Positions 52,321-62,077 of a DNA stretch of 64,000 nt are shown here, in pieces. The DNA lies in NCBI RefSeq assembly GCF_030144855.1, contig NC_082730.1:2976001-3040000 (forward strand), in the 5' to 3' direction. The translations under genes were made by a program, and so were the position numbers. The notes under the pieces were generated by a model, which was not told where the DNA came from, searched no databases, and saw nothing but the letters and a program-made list of their open reading frames with translations. This stretch comes from Hypanus sabinus. Lineage: Eukaryota. Each line of letters opens with the position of its first letter. Position 1 is the first letter of the stretch.

Positions 52321-55300
52321 ATTCAGTGGAAATAGTTCACTTTATGTAAATTCAGTTTTTATCCTGAAAACTGGCTAAAACAAGAAAGTAAAGAAAGCAC
52401 AGGAGGTAGTGAAGTCTCGACATTAGAAATAAAAAGCAAGAGGTCATCAGCATAAAATGAAACTTCATGAATAGTCCCTCTCATTAGAATACCAGTAACA
52501 TCATTAGATTCTCAAAAAGCAATGGCTAAGGGTTCTAAAGCCAAATCAAAGAGCAAAGGGCTCAGGGGACAACCTTGTCTAGTTCCATATTGAAGTTTAT
52601 AAGGTTTGGAATACTCAAAATTAGTAAGGACTCAAGCAGAAGGAGATAGATAAAGTAATTTAATCCATTGAATAAAATGGGGCCCAAAATTAAATAATTC
52701 CATTGAACCCGATCAAAAGCCTTCACAGTAACCAAAGAAATTGCACATTCTGACATCTCCTTAGAAGGGGAATAAATAACATTTAATAAATGATAAATAT
52801 TAAAGTGGGAATATTGATTTTTAATAAATCCCATCTGATCATCAGAGATGATAGATGGTAGAATATTTTCAATCCTACGAGCCAGAGCTTTAGATAGGAC
52901 TTTAGTATCAACAGTAAGTAAAGAAATTGGTCTGCATGAGGAGCGTGGGTTCTTATTCTTCATAAGGATAAGTGAAATAGAAGCTTCATAAAAAATATTG
53001 TGGCAACCTACCCAACTTAAAGGAGTCCAAAAAAACTGCACATAAATTAGGTATAAGCAGTGAGGAAAAAACCTTATATAATTCTGCAGAAAATCCATCA
53101 AGATCCGGAGTTTTCCCTGAGTGCAAGGAACATACAGCCTCGGCAATTTCCTCATACAAAATAGGTTGATCCAACTGTTTTTGGTTACTAACAGAAAGTG
53201 TAGGAATGTTTTATTGTTCAAAAAAAATATTTATTACAGTGTTATCTTTGGGAGGGTCAGAACTATAAGGATTAGAATAAAATTCTTTAGAAATATTGTT
53301 TATTTCTAAATGGTCAGTTGTCCTATCACCTTTGGCTTCACAAATCTCTTTAATTTGTCTTTTAGCTATAAAGATTTTTAATTGGTTAGCCAACAATTTA
53401 CCTGTTTTGTCTCTCTGGATATAAAGTTGACTTCTATCTTTTAAAAGTTGAGTTTCAATTGAATATGTTAAAAGAAGATTATATTTAGTTTGAATTTCAA
53501 CATGCCTTTTATATAAAGCAGGATCTGGAGCCAAGGCATATTTTTGGTCTAATTGTTTTAATTGATTAGCCAACTCAGTTCCCTCTTTATTAGCTATTTT
53601 CTTGACACTTGCAGTATAGGAGATAATTCAACCTCTAATAAAAGCCGTAAAGGCATCCCATATAAGAAGGTCTCTTCCAAAGTATTCTCTTCAAAAAAAA
53701 TGAATGATTTGTCTCTCCAGGAATTTTAAGAAATTTTTATCAGATAACAAAGTTAAATTAAAATGCCAAGATCTATTTATTTGAGGAAGACCAGAGAGAT
53801 TTAAAGATAAAAGTACTGGAGCATAATCTGAAACAGCAATTTCTTTATATTCACAGAATCGAACTAAAGGACTCATTTGACTATCAATAAAAAAGTAATC
53901 AATCCTGGAATACGTATGATGGGCATGTGAAGAAAAAATGAATACTCCCTATCTAGTGGATGTAAGAAACAACATTATGTCAACGATAGTGCATTTCATT
54001 AAATAAGATTGAATAAATAAAGCTGATTTGTTAAGTGTCGCTGTTCTAAAGGATGACCTACCTGAAACTGGATCTAACCAACAAATTAAAATCTCTTCCC
54101 ATCACCAATGAGTAAAGGCTCAAATCTGGCAGAAACGAAAAAAAAAATAAATCCTGGATTATCTATTTGGAGCATACAGATTGGCAAGTACCATTAATTT
54201 ATTATCTAATTTTCCTGAGACTATGACAAAACCCCCATTAGTATTAGACACTATGTTGGACAAAGGGAACTGTATTATCCATAAAAATTGAAACATCTCG
54301 AGACTTAGCCTGGAAAGAGGAGTAAAAATGTAGTCCTTTCCATCCACTGAAAAGATATTCATTGTCATAATTGCATACATGTGTTTCTTGTAGAACAAAA
54401 TAATTGGGGTCTTAAGTTTTTTTAATCTAGGCAAAAATCTTATTCTGCTTCACAGGGTGATTTAATCTTTTCACGTTAGGACTGAGTAAGTTAATAGTAT
54501 GACCCATTATTAATACTTTTTAATAGAGAAATTAAAGTAATAACCGTAAAATGAGCATTAAAACCAAACAATAAGCCTTGAAATAGGGTAAGCAAGCAAC
54601 AGATTTGGCTAACATCCCAAAACAGCTCCCAGAAAAAGACACACCCCTTCCCCTCCCAAAGTCAGAAAGCCAGCCAAAAGAAAGCTGGCAGCTACCGCTA
54701 ATGACATCACCCTCCCAAAACAACCTGCTGATTTGACTCCTAATTAATTCCGAGGTCAACTGTATTCTTGCCAGACTAAATAACGGTCAACAAAAAAATT
54801 TAACCCTCATAACAAGAGCACAAATAGATTAATTATTACAGTTTCAAAACAATGGAATGAAAAATAGCCAAACTAAGCCAAATTGAAGAAAAAAGCCTCG
54901 AGAAAAGTGTATGAAATAATAAAAAACTTACCAAAATTCATAACATATAATCACACTCGGTATTAACTCATTAAAACCTTATTCTCTAAGTAAAGAATTT
55001 AAATCACAGGGAAGTTTAGCTATGAATGTTCACCAGAAGTATGAGAAGCTATTATTCATATAACAAGATACTAAGTAGTCAATCCATTGTTTTAAAAAAA
55101 AATCCTGGGCTGCTTCACTCGAGCGAAACCATTCTTTAGAACCATCTTGCAGAGTGATTGTAAGACAAGAAGCATAACAAAGCGACGGCTTTAAACCTTT
55201 GTTAAAAAGTTCCGACATAACCTCTTTGAATTTAGCATGTTCATTCATGACCTTGGTTGAAAACTCCTCGACAATCCTGATCTTCTGACCCTTGTAGTCA

Positions 55301-55959
55301 ATCATTCCTCTTCAACAAGATTCACGAAATAAATGATTCTTTGTTTGAAATTCATGAAAACAAATTATAATTGATCTGGGCTCGGCTCCCAGAGGTGGAC
55401 TTGGGATGGGCAATATATGAGCTCAATCGCTCATAGGTGCAAACGGTAAGATTTTAGGAAATAATTGTTCCAAAAGGCTTGCAAAGAATTCAGTAGGCTG
55501 ATCACCTTTCGTTAACTCTTTAAGACCTAGAATTCGTAGGTTATTTCTTCTTCTTCTGTTTTCTAAATCGATAATCTTTTGTCTTAATTTCTCATTAGAT
55601 TTAAATTTCTTTTCACAAAGCTTTTGCAGGTCATCCATTCTTGCATTCAAAATCGTCAGACTTTCTTCATTCTGTTCTATTCATTTACCATGCTTGGTTA
55701 AGGTTTTTTGAATAGAATCCATTAGTTTAAATTCAGATCTAAGTTGTTGGAACTCGTCGAAAGACTCTTTCCTGTGTTTTCGAAGCAAATCCATTATAGA
55801 ATCCAAGGATGCAGGAGCATCATTTTTAGTATCTTTGGCACCCCTCATACTCACAGTAAAAAATATCATATTTAAAGTGAGGTTTCAAAGCAGATTGGAA
55901 ACTGTAAAGTAAGTGAGATAGGGGTGAGAGTCCGGCTTCTTCCTTGCTGATCAGCCTTT

Positions 55960-56671
55960 CAGGAAAAAGGTTGAGGCTTGCAAGCATCCCAACCTCGAAG
56001 CATGGGAGTGGCAACATCCTGTTGTTGGGGGTGCTTTGCTGCAGGAGGGACTGGTGCACTTCACAAAATAGATTTCATCACGAGGAAGGAAATTGATGTG
56101 GATATATTGAAGCAACATTTCAAGACATCAGCCAGGAAGTTAAAGCTCTGTTGCAAGTGGGTCTTCCAAAAGGACAATGGCCCCAAGCATCCCTCCAAAG
56201 TTGTGGCAAAATTCCTTAAGGACAACAAAGTCATGGTATTGGAGTGGCCATCACAATGCCCTGACCTCAGTCCGATGGAAAATTTGTGAGCAGAACTGAA
56301 AAAGCGTGTGCGAGCAAGGAGGCCTACAAACCTGACTCAGTTACACCAGTTCTGTCTGGAGGAATGGAACAAAATTCCGGCAACTTATTGTGAGAAGCTT
56401 GTGGAATGCTACTCAAAACGTTTGATCTAAGTTAAACAATTTAACGGCAATGCTACCAAATTCTAACAAAGTGTATGTAAACTTCTAACCCACTGGGAAT
56501 GTGATGAAAGAAATAAAAGCTGAAATAAATCATTCTCACTACTATTATTCTGACATTTCACATTCTTAAAATAAAGATCCTAACTGACCTAAGACAGGGA
56601 ATGTTTTCCAGGATTAAATGTCAGGAATTGTGAAAAACGTGAGTTTAAATGTATTTGGCTAAGGTGTATGT
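55960..56671 (+). mobile_element. Sleeping Beauty/Tss-like Tc1 transposon, 3' half (pseudo-transposase + right IR/DR)
   Basis: WGCFAAGGTGALHKID..WPSQCPDLSPMENL*..GNATKF*. Right IR/DR with inner and outer gtgtatgtaaactt direct repeats; its last bases lie at 61512-61534 beyond the nested LTRs. Confidence 0.93.
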
Positions 56672-58619
56672 TGTCACGTACCAGTGGGTATCTTTTACCT
56701 GTCACGTGATCATGATGTAATTGAGGCCATGCTGGACATGAGATAATGGTCTTGTGATGGTGGAGTGACATTATTTTCCTGCCAGTGAGAGGTTATGTGA
56801 TAGTTTTTTTCTACAGGGTATAAAAGGAGAACCCCGTCCCTTGACGGGGGCAGTTCATGGTTGAATTTGTTCAGTGACTCCATGTTGCTGCGTATTTCGA
56901 TGTTATGACGCAGTTTCATTTAAAAGTGGAGTTTTACTTTCTGACATAAGTCTCAAAGGTTGTTGCTGGCTGTTTTGCTACAATACTGCCAGTTCAGCAG
57001 AGAGTGAAGATTCATCGAAGTTTGGAACTCCCGAAGGATCGGGAAAGTTGGTGTTGATGGTGAAACAGGTTCGACCTTTACTTAATTTTCGAGGAATTAG
57101 TAATGTGTGTCCATGTTAACTCCTGCTTTGCCAAAAGAGCAGAAAGAGTTGGATGCAGAGTTTCACCAAGGAAAGGTCAGTGCCTTTAAGCCGTTTCATT
57201 TTCTTCATCGTAAATCCTTTGATCAAAGCATACTTTGACTGGGATCAGCAGTAATGCCATGAAGGAGAACTTAAATTATTTCAAGAAAAGTCTCCCAAGC
57301 GTCTGTGTAAACTTTGGATTTTCGCATTACTACTTCTAAGAATTGTTTTTGCATTATCGCTTTAAGAACTGCTCAAGCTACCGCACAGCAGACGACTTCC
57401 AGTTAAGTTAGTCATTTGTCTACTTTTGGGTTTTCTGTAGCAGTTGTAACCCCCTGGGTTGCCTCAGGCTCGCTCAGCTCGTTATCGTCTAGGAGGAGCA
57501 GCCTTCGGCCCCGCCAAACTGGGTAATCAGCTGGTGTGGATGCTGTGTGATGTCCTCGCCTCACCCAAAAACAGACAGTACACTATAAGCGATTAAATGA
57601 GTACAATTTATAAAGGTTACTAGAACGAAGTGATTAATAACGATACAGTATATATGAAGAGAAAAAATAAAGAAAAGGCGCCAAACTTATCAAAGTCCAA
57701 ACCACTTCGTGCACAACCGTTGGAGCTCAATTACTGAAGTCTTCTGGCCACCATTCGATCCCCTCCGAACTCCTCGACTCGCAGCTCAGGACCCTCCGAA
57801 GTGGTCAACCAAGCACATCTAGCTTCATCCCCCCTCCTCAGAGTACCTCCGGGCCTCGGACCCCCGCTTGGGGTCCGTTCCTCACCCAGCTTACAGCATT
57901 GCGTCCTCTCTCTCGACCCCCTCGCGCCGATCTGCCCAAAAGCCCGTCAACAAAAGCTTACAGACTCAGAAGAAAGAACATTAATCCCCATTTGGTTTAC
58001 ACAGGAATACAATTCTCCCAGCACTCTCTCGCAACAAAGAAACATTCCTGCTTTTAACAAAACAAAGAAACCCTTTCCCAACAGTAACAAAGAAAAAAGA
58101 AGAAACCCCCTTTACGCTCTCCCCCCATCAAATAAAAGTCATGTCCTCATAACTATTAAATAACTCGCCACCTTTCCTGCCAACACACTGTAACCCAAGC
58201 ACAAACAGTGACATCTCCTCCCCACACAGTAAACCTCACACCCTGTTCCTCGGGCGCTACTTAGGCCAACTATCTGGGAGTTCCCTAACCCTTCTGAGAC
58301 CTCCGTACCCCCTCACCTAAACCCTTCAGGCTCGGACACAACTAGGGATACCTTGGGCCCACTACCAACTCTTCTCTCAACCTCTCACTCATGCCCCACA
58401 CTGCACACAGCTAACCCTCCCCGCTACACCTGACTCAATGGGAGAAGGGCCAAAGGTCTCTTCCTCAATCGAGGGAAAGTCAGCAAAAGGCAGCATGTAC
58501 CACACATCCAGCACATCATCGATCGAATCTGTATTCTTCCTCAGTTCTGTGATCGGTAGCTGCTGTTTGATCTTCTCCAAACGGAAACACGTGGCCTGCA
58601 CTGCTCCCGCAGTCTCTTC

Positions 58620-58913
58620 AGCCTCCTGTTCAGTATTCACTGCACTTTGCTCCAGCTTTTTCTTCCTCATGACTTCTTCCAGATCAACTTTCAGGTTTTG
58701 CACTTCATTTGAACTGTCGATGTTCATCTTCAGGTTCCCTTCAAGCTTCCGCTTCTCTCTTCTGAGACTTGTCTGTAATTTCTTCACCTCCGCAAACTTC
58801 CCTCTCCAGGCTCTCAGTTTGCTATTGCCCCCAGTCAGACAACTTTCTTCATTCTCTCCAACTTGTAAGTCTTCCGAAAGGTTCCAGATCACTTTCTCCA
58901 GTCTCTCCGTCTT
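58620..58913 (-). pseudogene. Myosin heavy chain S2/rod-like fragment captured in Gypsy pol
   Basis: [68 protein letters not shown] is collinear with the recalled sarcomeric myosin S2 sequence DDLQAEEDKVNTLTKAKSKL..LEGSLEQEK..KRKLEGDLKL..ESIMDLENDKQQLEEKLKKK.FE.S.LN. Confidence 0.78.
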
Positions 58914-60743
58914 CATTTCAAACTTGATTCTGTAGAGACAGTCACTCACGAGCTGTGACCTTCGCCAGCCCTGGCACGTGTCCAGAAAACAGTTTAACTC
59001 TGTAATTCTCAGCCGCTCCTGCAATGAACTCACTTCATATTCTCCTGAGGCAAGTCCAAATACCAAAAGATCATCCACATACAAGAAAACTCCAAACACT
59101 TCCACATCCCCTATGGTCTTCCACCTGCCCCGCAGGAAGGTTGCAAGGGCTCCAGACATGCCCTGTGGAATCTTCGGACCCGAAGACTCCTAGGGAATTT
59201 ATAATGGCCGTCTTCTCCTTGTCGGCCCCACTCATCGGGATCTGGCAACTCCTCAGATCCAGCACCATAAACCACATTGCACCACTCAGATAGGCCATCG
59301 CCTCTTCGTACCTCAGGGCCATATTCTGGTCACTGACAGTGCGCCTTTTCAGCGCAATATAATCCACACACAAGCTGCCTACGTCTTCCACAGCTTCAGG
59401 GGCCAGTGGCCGCAATCTCTCTCTCTCCGAGGTGTCTTCAGCGGTCAACTCCCCTCCCTCGTGGTATTTCACAGCGTCCACTAAGAGGGTCTCACCCTCA
59501 AATACTTCACCCAGGCCGTACCACCACTGGCTCTTGATTGAATTCGGTATCAGCCCAATGCTGCTACACACGTCCGCACAAGCAGCTCGAAACTCTGGGT
59601 GCATCAACAATGCCTCCAAACAGCGCTCACCTGCCTCCTCTGGGCAGGCCCCCAAGTGCACCAGCAGGATATTGGTTCTCTCTAGAACAGAAACGCTGCC
59701 CGTCTCAACAGTGTCCGGACACATCAGCATTAACGATTCACGAACCTCAGTCTCCTCCACATTTGCCTCTAAAAACTCCATTTTCACTGACCAACAACCG
59801 TCGTCTGGATAATCACCGGCACTGGTACCCCGAATCTCCAGTGTCCTCAATGTCGTCAAGGGTAAATGCTTCCAATAACGGTTATAAAACAAACTGTACA
59901 GCGACTTAACCAGCGCCCCGGTGCCAAGGATGGCTTTAACTTGACTTCCATCCATCCGTAACAACACCTGTGCGCGTGGCCCCTCTAAGCCTTCAGGAAT
60001 AGAGTCTGTTCCTTTCGGGAGTTCCTTGGTACATTGCTGGGAACTTGCTCCCCCAGAGACCCCAAGCCGTTCCCCCACTGGGCCTCCTCTAAGTTTCCCG
60101 ACACCTCTCAAATCAACGGAACAACTGATCCCCTTGACAGATCCCCTTGGCACCACAAGCAATTTATCTGCCCCCCCCCCAGGCAAACGGGATACCCTAA
60201 AAACTTTCCACCAATCTCCTGCCACGGATATGATAAGCCCCCCAGCTGCAGCATTTGACTTCTAGTCGAACCACACGCATTTTCCCACACTTTTCCAGAA
60301 CTGGCAGCGGTCACTTCGAGGTAATTGCGCCCGACAGTTCTAACAAAGTCACCAGCCCACCTACTCAAACTTTCACCCAGTCCCTGTCGCTTTCCCTCAG
60401 CCAAGGACTGCTACTCACCCAACAACTGAGGGGTCCGCTCCGCCCACGCCTCCGCCCCTTTAGGGCTGGACATTATTCCAATAACCGGGTGGAGCTCACC
60501 ACTGCTGAAACATCCCAACCTGTCACTCCTCACTCTCCAAACAGTACGGACAGTCCATGGTCCCACCACCATTTCGTCAGCACTAGTCGGAACTCGAACA
60601 ACGACTTCCAGGCTACCAACAGCAGCCACCCCACCCAACAAACACACAGTGATAACCAGCAATCGCACACCCACAAAGGCACACCAGCTCTTCGCCGCAG
60701 ACACAATTTAAAGAGGGCGATCACACAGCCTCCACAGAAATCA

Positions 60744-60761
60744 ATCCCGGACGAGCCCCCA
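60744..60761 (-). promoter_or_regulatory. Primer binding site complementary to the tRNA-Pro 3' end
   Basis: TGGGGGCTCGTCCGGGAT, separated from the 5' LTR by 3 nt; the same 18-mer as the canonical tRNA-Pro PBS. Confidence 0.9.
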
Positions 60762-61548
60762 CAATGTAACCCCCTGGGTCGCCTCAGGCTCGCTCAGCTC
60801 GTTATCGTCTAGGGGGAGCAGCCTTCGACCCCGCCAAACTGGGTAATCAGCTGGTGTGGATGCTGTGTGATGTCCTCGCCTCGCCCAAAAACAGACAGTA
60901 CACCATAAGCGATTAAATGAGTACAATTTATAAAGGTTACTAGAAGGAAATGATTAATAACGATACAGTATATATGAAGAGAAAAAATAAAGAAAAGGTG
61001 TCAAACTTATCAAAGTCCAAACCACTTCGTGCACAACCGTTGGAGCTCAATTACTGAAGTCTTCTGGCCACCATTCGATCCCCTCCGAACTCCTCGACTC
61101 GCAGCTCAGGACCCTCCGAAGTGGTCAACCAAGCACATCTAGCTTCATCCCCCCTCCTCGGAGTACCTCCGGGCCTCGGACCCCCGCTTGGAGTCCGTTC
61201 CTCGCCCAAGCTTACAGCATTGCGTCCTCTCTCTCGACCCCCTCGCGCCGATCTGCCCAAAAGCCCGTCAACAAAAGCTTACAAACTCAGAAGAAAGAAC
61301 ATTAATCCCCATTTGGTTTACAAAGGAATACAATTCTCCCAGCACTCTCTCGCAACAAAGAAACATTCCTGCTTTTAACAAAACAAAGAAACCCTTTCCC
61401 AACAGTAACACAGAAAAAAGAGCATACCATCTTTACACAGTGTTTAATAAACGTTTTATTTGTTATAAAAACTTGTCTCAATTATATATTTATTGTTGCT
61501 GGATCATAACAATGTAAACTTCTGACTTCAAATGCACATACTATCAAA

Positions 61549-61772
61549 CACACACACACAATGCCGGAGGAACTCATGGACGAGGCAGCACCTATGGAAA
61601 GGAGTACAGTTGACGTTTCGGGCTGAGACCCTTATGCACCAGTACTGCTGATGGGTCTCGGCACGAAAGTTCGATTGTACTCCATTCCATAGATGCTGCC
61701 TGGCCTGCTGAGTTCCTCCAGTACTTTGTGTGTGTTACTTGGATTTCCAGCATCTGCAGATTTTCGCTTTTG
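61549..61772. repeat. Fold-back element made of two inverted Penelope terminal repeats
   Basis: ~85-bp imperfect inverted arms around a central CAGTACTG palindrome (61640-61647). Confidence 0.8.
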
Positions 61773-62077
61773 TGTACATACGATCAAAATCAGGTTTAAT
61801 ATCACTGGCATCTGTCATGAAATTTGGTATGCGGCAGTACAATGCAATACATAATGATATCAAACCTAAATTACAATAAGTATTTATAAAAAAAATTAAA
61901 ACGCCATGAAAAAAGTAGTGAATTCATAGATTCATCAGAATCAGGTTTATTATTACCGGCATTTGACGTGAAATTTGTTAACTTAGCAGCAGCAGTTCAA
62001 TGCAATACATAATGTAGCAGAGAGAGAGAAAAAATATTAATAAACAAGTAAATCAATTACATATATTGAATAGACTA

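Larger units (their letters stand above)
48682..55933 (-). mobile_element. Full-length L1-clade LINE (ORF1 + ORF2, decayed) with three nested insertions
   Basis: 15-bp TSD GGCTTCTTCCTTGCT (48667-48681, 55934-55948). ORF1 remnants DLENRRRRNNLRILG.. and IRIVEEFS (55030-55850). ORF2 APE/RT/C-terminal remnants (48870-54510). No poly(A) visible at the 3' end. Confidence 0.92.
57445..61437 (-). mobile_element. Complete non-autonomous Ty3/Gypsy LTR retrotransposon (PNMA-like gag, PR, partial RT, myosin-like insert)
   Basis: LTRs 57445-58116 and 60765-61437, ~97% identical by manual count. TSD CAGT; PBS 60744-60761; PPT GGGGGGAGAG 58117-58126. Gag remnants ([20 protein letters not shown]), protease [29 protein letters not shown] and YVDD. 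No RNase H or integrase motifs seen. Confidence 0.94.
56672..61511. mobile_element. Solo LTR (12655 family) inserted in the Tc1 outer DR and itself split by the Gypsy element
   Basis: TGTCAC start, TAACA end; TSD ATGT (56668-56671, 61512-61515); the two parts are 56672-57444 and 61438-61511. Confidence 0.88.

Noticed and set aside
58438-60265. Plus-strand ORFs inside the Gypsy element
   Set aside because: Antisense shadows of the minus-strand pol/myosin frames.
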